From positions 146-64,145 of the forward strand of contig DATBLZ010000028.1 in the NCBI GenBank assembly GCA_036555065.1: a DNA stretch of 64,000 nucleotides. Direction: 5' to 3'. This document shows, one piece after another, positions 44,332-52,620 of this stretch. The translations under genes and the position numbers were made by a program. Origin of the DNA: Gammaproteobacteria bacterium (GTDB lineage Bacteria; Pseudomonadota; Gammaproteobacteria; Steroidobacterales; Rariloculaceae). How positions within the stretch are numbered: the stretch's first letter is position 1; each line of letters opens with the position of its first letter. The notes below the pieces were generated by a model, which was given only the letters and a program-made list of their open reading frames with translations, did not search any database and had not been told where the DNA came from.

Positions 44332-45675
44332 CTAAACGCCGGCGATCGCGCCCGTGCTGTCGGCGAAGCTCGTCATCTCGAGGCCCGCCTTGTTGAGCAC
44401 GGTGAGATGCAGGTTCGTGAGCGTCGTGTATTCCGGGAGCTCGACGTGCTGGCCGCCGCGGAGCGCGCCGTTCGCGCCGCCGACCAAGATGATCGGCAAC
44501 GGATAGTTGTTGTGACGGTCGCTGTTCGACATGTTCGAGCCGTACATCAGCATTGCGTGATCGAGCAATGAGCCGTCGCCGTCGGGTGTCTTCGCGAGCT
44601 TGTCGACGAATTCCGCGAATCGCTCGACGTGATAGCGTTGGATCTTCACGAGCTTCTGGATGCGCTCGAGGTTGTTCGCGTGGTGCGACACGGGGTGGAA
44701 CGCGTCCGAGACGCCGATGTGGTTGTACGTTCGGTTCGTACCTTCGGCGACCATGATGTAGGACGCTACGCGCGTGACATCCGCCTGATAGGCCAAAGCA
44801 ATCAGGTCGAACATCAGCTTGACCTGCTCGTCGAAATCGGTGAGCTCGCCGATCGGCGTGTCGGGCAGCTCGATGCCGGAGAGGTCGCGGGCGGAGGCTT
44901 TCTCGACGCGCCTCTCGGTCTCGCGCACGGACTCGAGGTAGTTCTCGAGCACGATGCGATCTTGCGGCCCCAGCGTCTGTTGGAGATCGTGCGAACGCTC
45001 ATTGATCATGTCGAGGACGCTGGCTCTGCGGCGCGCGATGGTCTCGCGCTCCTCGGGCGTATCGCCCGCGCCGAAGAGCTGCACGAACACCTTGCGCGGA
45101 TTGAATTCCATCGGCAACGGCGTCGTGGCATCGCGAAATGCCAGCGTCGAGCTGTAGTAACACGCGCTCGTGCCGCAGGCGGCGCTCTGGGTAGGAGTCT
45201 CCGAAGCGACCTCGAGCGAAGGCAGCACCGTCTCTTGACCAATGTGCTCGGCGATCATTTGGTCGATCGTCGGCGCCATCATTGCGCCCGTCGCCTTTTC
45301 GGCGGGGCGCACGCCCGAGAGCCACGTCGCTGGCACGAGCGTGTGCACGGAGTTCTGCGGCGCCTTGTTCTCGAGGTTCGCGAACGAAGTGACGTAGCGC
45401 TTGTAGGTCTCGAGGGGCTCCAAGATCGGGCTCAACTTGAACGCGTCGCCCGCGCCGCTCGGCGTCCAGTGGTCCATGTCCTTGCCGAAAGCGGTGTTCC
45501 ACAGGATCGCGCCGTGCGGGATATAGAAGAATCCCGCGCGGAGCTTCGGCGCTGCCGCGGTTTGTGCGAGCGCGGTCGCGGCCGGGATCATCGCATCGAG
45601 CAGCGGCAATCCGAGCGACACGCCGCCGGCCTTGAGAACCGTGCGCCTGGAAAGGTGCTTCTTGGTGAGGAACAT
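44332..45675 (-). CDS. DUF1552 family protein (Tat leader)
   Basis: MFLTKKHLSRRTVLKAGGVSLGLPLLDAM is the characteristic N-terminus; LVGGANG C-terminal block. Confidence 0.85.
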   Translation of the reverse strand: MFLTKKHLSRRTVLKAGGVSLGLPLLDAMIPAATALAQTAAAPKLRAGFFYIPHGAILWNTAFGKDMDHWTPSGAGDAFKLSPILEPLETYKRYVTSFANLENKAPQNSVHTLVPATWLSGVRPAEKATGAMMAPTIDQMIAEHIGQETVLPSLEVASETPTQSAACGTSACYYSSTLAFRDATTPLPMEFNPRKVFVQLFGAGDTPEERETIARRRASVLDMINERSHDLQQTLGPQDRIVLENYLESVRETERRVEKASARDLSGIELPDTPIGELTDFDEQVKLMFDLIALAYQADVTRVASYIMVAEGTNRTYNHIGVSDAFHPVSHHANNLERIQKLVKIQRYHVERFAEFVDKLAKTPDGDGSLLDHAMLMYGSNMSNSDRHNNYPLPIILVGGANGALRGGQHVELPEYTTLTNLHLTVLNKAGLEMTSFADSTGAIAGV

Positions 45676-45677
45676 AG

Positions 45678-48176
45678 CTAGTCTCCGCTCGGGCCGCTCA
45701 CGCTCGCGTCGGCCACCTGGACAGCATTATCGCCGACGACGGCTTGCATACGGAATGCGTCGCTCTGCACTATGCCCGCGACGATAGCCGAGAATCGATA
45801 GTCTTCGCCTTCTGCGGCGTGCACGACGGCACGCACCTCGGGCATGTCGTAGTACTCGAGCTCGCGGCCGAGCGCATACATCATGAGCTTCTTGGTCAAG
45901 GCCTGCACGAACTGGTCGGGGCTCTTGAGCAGCGCCGCCGCGAGCTCCACGGGACCGTTGATGGGGCGGCCGCCCGGAAGCGCCGTGCTCGCGTCGATCG
46001 GCGCGTGCGCGTCTTCGTCATAATCGCGCCATCGGCCCGTGGCCGTGAAATTCTCGAGTGCCAGGCCGTAGGGATCGATCGTGCCGTGACACGCGTTGCA
46101 GTTCGGCGCCTTACGGTGCTGCTCGAGCCGCGCGCGCAGCGTCTTCGGGATTTCACCGGCGACTTGCATGAGGTTGGTCTCGACCCCAGGTGGCGGCGGC
46201 GTGGGCGGCGTGCCCATGAGCCGGTCGAGCACCCAAGCGCCGCGCAGCACCGGCGAGGTGCGGTCGCCGTACGACGTGCGCAACAACATTGCGCCCTTGC
46301 CGAGGAGCCCGTGTCGGTGCGGGTCGGCGAGCGCCACGCGCCGGAACTGCGGGCCGACGACGCCCGGCACGCCGTAGTGGCGCGCGAGACGCTCGTTCAA
46401 ATACGTATAGTCCGCGGTGAGCAGCGTCCGCACGTTCTTGTCCTCGAGTAGAACGCTCGCGAGGAAGAGTCTGATTTCCTCCGCGAAGTCCTCGCGCAGG
46501 CCATCCGTGAACTCCGGGAATAGCAGCCGATCGGGCACGACCGCCTCGAGATCGTCGACGTTGAGCCAGCGCAGCGCGAATTCATCGACGAGCACCTCTG
46601 CCCTCGGATCGGCGAGCATGCGCTCGACTTGGGTAACGAGCACTTCCGGTCGGGAGAGCTCGCCCGCGGCGGCGAGGTCGAGCAGCTCCTCGTCCGGGCC
46701 CTGGCTCCAGAGAAAGAAGGAGAGCCGCGACGCGAGCTCGAAATCGTCGAGCGCGTAGCTTTGGGCAGCCGCGTCGGCGTCGCCACCGGGAACCGCATCG
46801 GCGCGCGCAGCCACGTCGCCGTCGGTGCCCGCGGGGGCGCGCGGCGCAATCGCGCGATAGAGGAAATCGGGGCTCGCGAGCACTGCGGTCACCAAGAGCT
46901 CGATCCCTTCGTCGAAGCCGCCTGGGCCGCGTCGCCCTTCCTCGTAGAACGGCATGAGCCGATCGAGGTCCGCTTGGCCGATCGGCCGGCGAAACGCGCG
47001 CCGCGCGAGATTCACGGTGATCTGCTCCGCGCACGCGCGCTCGCGTTCGGGCACTTCGGGCTCGCAGACGAAGAGCTTGCGGCGGCTCGCCGTCGGCGAA
47101 AGCCCCGGCGACCCGTACGGTCCGATCATGTCGACGCCGCCGAAGATCCCCGGCACGCGCGGTGCGCCCGTGAAGCTGAAGCTGTCGGCGGGATCGAACG
47201 GCGTGATCTGCTCATCGTCGAGCGCGCGCGAGCGCTCGATGAATGTGATCGCGAGTTCGTGCACGCCGGCCGTCACGGGCACCGGCATGTTCGTGAATCG
47301 CTCCATGATCTCGGCGCGTGCCGGCGCGCCGCCGCGGTCGATGAGTGCCAAGTCCTCGGGCCCGCCGACGTCGACGCGAAACACTTCGTTGCGGTCGACG
47401 AGCACGACGAGCGTGTGCCGCGTTTCCAACGAACGCGGGTAGAGCCCTGCGCCGATATCCTTGAGCGTGAAGCGATACTCGCCGTCGGCCGGGAATGTAT
47501 GCGTGAACTTGATGCCGCCGCGCGTGCCGAGCGGCATGCCGTCGACGTACGCATCCTGGTCCGCGGTCGGCCGCGGGAAGAATGCCGTTCTGACTTTGGG
47601 CTCTGGCTCGCCGACGGCGAGATGCGCGACCTCGCTCGCCGCGTTCACGTATTGCTCGACGAACGCGGGCGATGCCGAGAGCGCCGCGGCGATGTTCGTG
47701 AATCCCTCGACCTCGATCTCGGCGGGCAGGTGCTCGACGGGGTCGATCTCCACGCCGAGCAGGTCCTTGACCGCGTGGGCGTACTCGTCGCGGCTCAGGC
47801 GCTGCGCCGGGACGTAACCTACGGGCCGCTCGGCAGTGCCCGCATCGATCGAGCGCTCGAGCCACGCGACGAGCGCGTCGACGTCGTCTTGCTCCGGCTG
47901 CGGCTCGGCGGGCGGCGGCATTTGTCGTCCGCGGAGCTTACTTATGACCTGCTCGAAGATTTCGGCGTGCTCGGGCACGGATTCCGCAGAAAGCTCCTCG
48001 AAGCTCAATTCACCGGCGCGGTCGACGGAGTTGTGGCAGTCGATGCAGTAGGTTTTGAGCATTCCCCAACGCTCCCGCTCGCGGGCGTGCTCGAGCGCGC
48101 GCCACGAAACGGTGCCGACTGCTACGCCGGCGACCGCTGCAGAGGCCGCCGCGAGCCATTGGTGGGAGCGTTTCAC
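45678..48176 (-). CDS. DUF1592/DUF1588/DUF1585-type protein with two c-type haem motifs
   Basis: YCIDCHN (48033..48047) and NCNACHG (46086..46100); typical partner of DUF1552; start set at GTG 48176 (uncertain). Confidence 0.8.
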   Translation of the reverse strand: MKRSHQWLAAASAAVAGVAVGTVSWRALEHARERERWGMLKTYCIDCHNSVDRAGELSFEELSAESVPEHAEIFEQVISKLRGRQMPPPAEPQPEQDDVDALVAWLERSIDAGTAERPVGYVPAQRLSRDEYAHAVKDLLGVEIDPVEHLPAEIEVEGFTNIAAALSASPAFVEQYVNAASEVAHLAVGEPEPKVRTAFFPRPTADQDAYVDGMPLGTRGGIKFTHTFPADGEYRFTLKDIGAGLYPRSLETRHTLVVLVDRNEVFRVDVGGPEDLALIDRGGAPARAEIMERFTNMPVPVTAGVHELAITFIERSRALDDEQITPFDPADSFSFTGAPRVPGIFGGVDMIGPYGSPGLSPTASRRKLFVCEPEVPERERACAEQITVNLARRAFRRPIGQADLDRLMPFYEEGRRGPGGFDEGIELLVTAVLASPDFLYRAIAPRAPAGTDGDVAARADAVPGGDADAAAQSYALDDFELASRLSFFLWSQGPDEELLDLAAAGELSRPEVLVTQVERMLADPRAEVLVDEFALRWLNVDDLEAVVPDRLLFPEFTDGLREDFAEEIRLFLASVLLEDKNVRTLLTADYTYLNERLARHYGVPGVVGPQFRRVALADPHRHGLLGKGAMLLRTSYGDRTSPVLRGAWVLDRLMGTPPTPPPPGVETNLMQVAGEIPKTLRARLEQHRKAPNCNACHGTIDPYGLALENFTATGRWRDYDEDAHAPIDASTALPGGRPINGPVELAAALLKSPDQFVQALTKKLMMYALGRELEYYDMPEVRAVVHAAEGEDYRFSAIVAGIVQSDAFRMQAVVGDNAVQVADASVSGPSGD

Positions 48177-48232
48177 GGTGACTAGTATATAGGCTCCAAA
48201 GCGGCGGCCATGCTCGCCGGGGCGGAGGCGCG

Positions 48233-49666
48233 ATGATCTCGTTCGACGTGCGGCAGGTACCAAGAGTAGCGGCCGTTATCGCATGGCTTGCGGTGACCGT
48301 CGTGCCGCTCGCGGCAGTCTCGCAGCCGCCGTTCGAGCCCGTCGCTCGCGACGAGCAGGAGCGGCAGATCATCGACCAATTGCAGCGGATAGAGGCCGAG
48401 GATGGTCCCAATTCGCCGGACTCGATCGATCTCTGGAAGGCGCTGGGCCTCTTGTATCAGGAAAGCGGAGACGATGCTCTGGCCGGAGCGGCCACCGAGC
48501 GAGCTCTACAAATCGTTCGCATGAGCTACGGCGTCTATTCGCTCGAGCAAGCGCCGTTGATCCAACAATTGATCCGGGCCGATGAAGCGAGCGGCAACTA
48601 TGCGGGTGCCTGGGAGCGCGAGCAGGAGCTGCTGACGCTCATGAGGCGCCATCCGGATGACATGCGGACGGTGCCGGTTTTGCGCGAGATCGGCGCCGGG
48701 CGGTTGGACGTCGTCGATCGATATCTTGCCGGGGAGCGGCCGCCGCAGATCGCGCTCGGCTGTTACTACGACTGGTCGCGCAGCGATACTGCTGGCAATT
48801 GCCAATCTGGGAGCAGGCGCGACGCGGTTCGGGCGCTCGTTTACGACGCCCAGCGCAACTACGCCGACGCAATCGCAGTGATCCTCCGCAATGAGCTCTA
48901 TTCCAGCGAGGAGCTTCGCGAGCTCGAGCAGGAGCTCGCCCGCAGCAGCGATCTGATTCGGTACTACAATGAGATCGACCCGCTCGATCCCGATCTCGAC
49001 CTCTTTCTTCCCCCACCTGTCGTGCGCAACAAGGAGCCGTGGCGAAGCACGGTCGATGCGCTGCTTCTCTTGGCCGACTGGGACCTCCCGGATTCGCCCG
49101 GCGCGGCCCTGGTCGAACGAGGTTGGCTCGAAGGTCGCGAAGCGGAGGTCTTTCGCACCGACGATGCCGACAATCCCTATCGGCTCGGCAGGCTCGCTTT
49201 GCAGCGCATGTTCGACTACGTGACCGAGACTTCCGCGTCGGGCCTGAATCAAGTAGATGCGATCGTCGCGCTCGCGGACTGGGACCTCTTGTACTCTCGG
49301 AACGCACTCGCGCTCGAGGAATACGCGTTGGCATACGGGTTGCTCGAGGAAACGGCCGAAGGCCAAGCGTCCATCGAAAGGATTTTCTTGGCGCAGAAAC
49401 CCGTCATGCTGCCGGCGTTCTCGCCGAATCCTCTGGTTGTAGACGAGACGGCGGAAGCGACGGGATATATCGATTTCTCGTTCGAGATCACGAAATACGG
49501 AGAGAGCCGGCGTATCGAGATCGTGGATGCGACCACGAGCGCGACTGACGCCGACAAGACCCGCGCCATCCGCCGTATATCACGCAACCGGTTCCGACCC
49601 AGGGTAATGGATGCCCGGGCCGTCGCTGCCCCGCCGGTCGTCGCGCGCTACTACTTGTACGAGTAG
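48233..49666 (+). CDS. secreted hypothetical protein (helical repeat N-half, TonB-C-like C-terminus)
   Basis: GGAGG before ATG; signal-like N-terminus; C-terminal YIDFSFEITKYGESRRIEIV...RNRFRP resembles a TonB C-domain. Confidence 0.55.
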   Translation: MISFDVRQVPRVAAVIAWLAVTVVPLAAVSQPPFEPVARDEQERQIIDQLQRIEAEDGPNSPDSIDLWKALGLLYQESGDDALAGAATERALQIVRMSYGVYSLEQAPLIQQLIRADEASGNYAGAWEREQELLTLMRRHPDDMRTVPVLREIGAGRLDVVDRYLAGERPPQIALGCYYDWSRSDTAGNCQSGSRRDAVRALVYDAQRNYADAIAVILRNELYSSEELRELEQELARSSDLIRYYNEIDPLDPDLDLFLPPPVVRNKEPWRSTVDALLLLADWDLPDSPGAALVERGWLEGREAEVFRTDDADNPYRLGRLALQRMFDYVTETSASGLNQVDAIVALADWDLLYSRNALALEEYALAYGLLEETAEGQASIERIFLAQKPVMLPAFSPNPLVVDETAEATGYIDFSFEITKYGESRRIEIVDATTSATDADKTRAIRRISRNRFRPRVMDARAVAAPPVVARYYLYE

Positions 49667-49713
49667 TGCCGCATCCCTGGTGCTAGGATTGTCCGCTCCA
49701 GGGGGCACGATCG

Positions 49714-51540
49714 ATGTGGGTTCTTGTGTCGCGAGCTTGTCTTGCAGCGGCGGTTCTCGTGCTCGCGGCGGGTTCCGCCGCCGCGCAGCAGACCGTGCCC
49801 GCAGTCTCGCCGGCTTTCTCGGCGGACGAGCTCACGGCGTGGCCGACCGACGGCTGGATCACGAACGGCGGCAACGTCTACAACCAGCGCTATTCGCCGC
49901 TCACGCAGATCAATCGCGACAACGTCGCCGCGCTCAAGCCCCGCTGGCGCACGAGCTTGAATGGCTCGGGCACGGACAGCAAGTACTCGGGTCAGGCGCA
50001 GCCGCTCGTGTATGCAGGTGTCATCTATATTCCGACGGGCGCGAACGACGTGTTCGCGATCGACGTCGAGAGCGGTGACATCCTCTGGACGCATGAAGCG
50101 AATCTCGATCCCGAAATCACGGCCATCTGTTGCGGCTGGATGAGCCGCGGCGTCGCGATGGGCGGCGGCAGAATCTACTCCGGCCAGCTCGACGGCAAGC
50201 TCGTCGCGCTCGATCAAGCAACGGGCGAGGTCGTCTGGTCCGTGCAGGCGGAGCAGAACGACGAGGGCTTCAGCATCACGGCCGCGCCGCTCTATTACGA
50301 CGGCCTCGTGATCACGGGCTTCGCGGGCGGCGATCGTGCGAGCCGTGGCCGCGTGAAAGCGTTCAACGCCGCGACCGGCGCGCTCGTCTGGACGTTCTAC
50401 ACGATCCCGGGACCCGGCGAACTCGGACACGACACCTGGCCCGATTACAACGATGCGTGGGAGTACGGCGGCGCGGCCGTTTGGCAGACGCCGGCCGTCG
50501 ATCCGAGCTTAAGTCTCGTCTATTTCTCGACCGGCAACCCCGGTCCCGATCTCAATGGCTCAGTGCGGCCCGGCGACAATCTTTTCAGCGTCTCGATCGT
50601 CGCGATCGACGCGAAAACCGGCGCGTACCGCTGGCACTTCCAGCAGGTGCACCACGACCTCTGGGACTATGACGCGCCGAATCCCGTGATCTTGTTCGAC
50701 GCCGAATACGACGGGCGTATGCGCAAAGGCATCGTCGAGGTCGGTAAAACCGGCTACGTCTATATCCTCGACCGCGAAACCGGCGAGCCGCTCGTCGGCA
50801 TCGAGGAGCGACCGGTGCCGCAGGAGCCACGCCAGGCGACGTCGCCGACGCAACCGTATCCGCTCGGTGACGAGATCGTGCCGCACGAGATCGACATCCC
50901 GTTCGAGGGCTTCGATCCCGTCAATCAAGGGCGGATCTTCACGCCGTTCTGGGACAAGCCGGTTATCGTGAAGCCGCTCGCGACCGGCGGCGCAAACTGG
51001 CCGCCGAGCTCGTACGATCCCGAGACGAATATCTTCTATGTCTGCGCGCACGACGGCGCCGCCGCGTACTCGACGACCGAAGGCGGCGCCGAGTGGGAAA
51101 TGCCGACGCCGGGCGGACGCTACTTCGGCGGCGAGTACACGCGCTCGGGCGCGCCTCGCCGCGGCATCTTCGCGGCCGTCGATCTCAAGACGAACCGTCT
51201 CGCGTGGCGCCGACAGTGGACCGAGATGTGCTACGCGGGCTCGATCGTCACACGCGGCGGCTTGGTTTTCGTCGGCCGGAACGACGGCCGTTTCACGGCG
51301 CTCGACAAGGCGAACGGGAATTTGCTCTGGGAGTTCCAGACCGACGCAGGTATTCATGCGGCCGCGAGCACGTTCGAGCACGAGGGCCAACAGTATGTCG
51401 TTGCCCTGTCCGCGGGCTCGTTCTTCCCGGACACGAAGCGCGGCGACAGTGTCTGGCTCTTCTCGCTCGAGGGCGGCTTCGAGCCGAGCGGCGGGAGCTC
51501 CGGTCGCTCGGGCGACTCAGTAGATACGCTCACGCACTAG
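49714..51540 (+). CDS. PQQ-dependent dehydrogenase, methanol/ethanol-like family (vicinal Cys-Cys present; D-Y-D signature)
   Basis: Signal peptide; ICCGWMSRG (CC at 50128..50133), WDYDAP (50662..50673), GGANWPP. Confidence 0.85.
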   Translation: MWVLVSRACLAAAVLVLAAGSAAAQQTVPAVSPAFSADELTAWPTDGWITNGGNVYNQRYSPLTQINRDNVAALKPRWRTSLNGSGTDSKYSGQAQPLVYAGVIYIPTGANDVFAIDVESGDILWTHEANLDPEITAICCGWMSRGVAMGGGRIYSGQLDGKLVALDQATGEVVWSVQAEQNDEGFSITAAPLYYDGLVITGFAGGDRASRGRVKAFNAATGALVWTFYTIPGPGELGHDTWPDYNDAWEYGGAAVWQTPAVDPSLSLVYFSTGNPGPDLNGSVRPGDNLFSVSIVAIDAKTGAYRWHFQQVHHDLWDYDAPNPVILFDAEYDGRMRKGIVEVGKTGYVYILDRETGEPLVGIEERPVPQEPRQATSPTQPYPLGDEIVPHEIDIPFEGFDPVNQGRIFTPFWDKPVIVKPLATGGANWPPSSYDPETNIFYVCAHDGAAAYSTTEGGAEWEMPTPGGRYFGGEYTRSGAPRRGIFAAVDLKTNRLAWRRQWTEMCYAGSIVTRGGLVFVGRNDGRFTALDKANGNLLWEFQTDAGIHAAASTFEHEGQQYVVALSAGSFFPDTKRGDSVWLFSLEGGFEPSGGSSGRSGDSVDTLTH

Positions 51541-51560
51541 CACGGCGCACGGAGGCACTA

Positions 51561-52145
51561 ATGGGTAAGCTCGGCATCCTGCTTGTAATGATTCTCGCCG
51601 CGACGCCGTCAGCCGCCAAGGAAGACTTCATCGCCTCGCCGTGGCGTGTCGACCTGGCCGCGGCGTTCGCGAAAGGTCATGGCGTCGTGCTGATGAGCGC
51701 CGGAGCCGCTACACCGTGTAAGGGCGGTTTGATGACCTATCTTTCGCTGAACACGAAACGTGCGGGCAAGGAAGGGCGGCGCTCGGCACGCGGGATTCCG
51801 CAAATGCCAATCAACGCCGGGATATTCGAGAGCAATTTCCCCGATCACCACGGTTTCGTCTTCGCTTTCGGGCTCAGCCCAGGCGAGTATCAGTTCGAGC
51901 ACTACATCATCAACTTGGTTGCCAGCCTTTCGGGAGATCCGATAGCGACGTTCAAGGTCGAACCGGGCAAGGTCGTATATATCGGCGAGCTGTTCATGAC
52001 ACGCTCCTGCGACATTAGAGGTGTCGCGTACGATGTCAGGGGTTCGCTGCAGCGCGATCTCGCGATCGCGCTTGCACAGAATCCCGGATTCGAGGGAGTC
52101 GAGGTGAGCACGCAGCTGATGACACTCGAGCCTTTCCGCCGCTGA
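51561..52145 (+). CDS. secreted hypothetical protein
   Basis: GGAGG 6 nt upstream; signal peptide MGKLGILLVMILAATPSAA; follows the PQQ gene by 20 nt. Confidence 0.5.
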   Translation: MGKLGILLVMILAATPSAAKEDFIASPWRVDLAAAFAKGHGVVLMSAGAATPCKGGLMTYLSLNTKRAGKEGRRSARGIPQMPINAGIFESNFPDHHGFVFAFGLSPGEYQFEHYIINLVASLSGDPIATFKVEPGKVVYIGELFMTRSCDIRGVAYDVRGSLQRDLAIALAQNPGFEGVEVSTQLMTLEPFRR

Positions 52146-52221
52146 GGTGACGGCAAGTCGACAGACGCGAACGCCGGGGTCGATAGGCTCCAATCTCGAC
52201 TATCTCTCCACTTGCCTGTCA

Positions 52222-52240
52222 CATCTTGACAATCAAGATG
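52222..52240. promoter_or_regulatory. candidate PadR operator overlapping a TTGACA -35 box (CATCTTGA-CAA-TCAAGATG)
   Basis: Perfect 8-bp arms with 3-nt spacer, 41 nt upstream of the padR ATG; TTGACA at 52226..52231. Confidence 0.45.
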
Positions 52241-52280
52241 AGAACCGCGATCGTGGCCGCACCGACCCTGCGGAGGCTCG

Positions 52281-52616
52281 ATGACAGAGCCCAACACAGA
52301 CCTCATCCAAGGCACGCTCGATATGCTGATCTTGAGGACGCTGAGCGTAGCGTCGATGCACGGCTACGGCATCGCGCGGCGCATCGAGCAGATCTCGCGC
52401 GGCGTGTTCAAGGTGAATCCCGGGTCACTCCTCACGGCGCTCCATCGGCTCGAGCGCGCGGGGTGGCTGGACGCGAAATGGCGCGACACCGATAACTCAC
52501 GGCGCGCCAAGTACTACTCGCTGACGGCAGCGGGCCGGACACAGCTCGAAGTCGAGACCGAATCGTGGCAGCGGCGCATGACCGCTATGTCGCGGCTCCT
52601 CAAGGCAGAGGCTTGA
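52281..52616 (+). CDS. PadR family transcriptional regulator
   Basis: GTLDMLILRTLSVASMHGYGIARRIE, SRRAKYYSLT. Confidence 0.9.
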   Translation: MTEPNTDLIQGTLDMLILRTLSVASMHGYGIARRIEQISRGVFKVNPGSLLTALHRLERAGWLDAKWRDTDNSRRAKYYSLTAAGRTQLEVETESWQRRMTAMSRLLKAEA

Positions 52617-52620
52617 GCGC

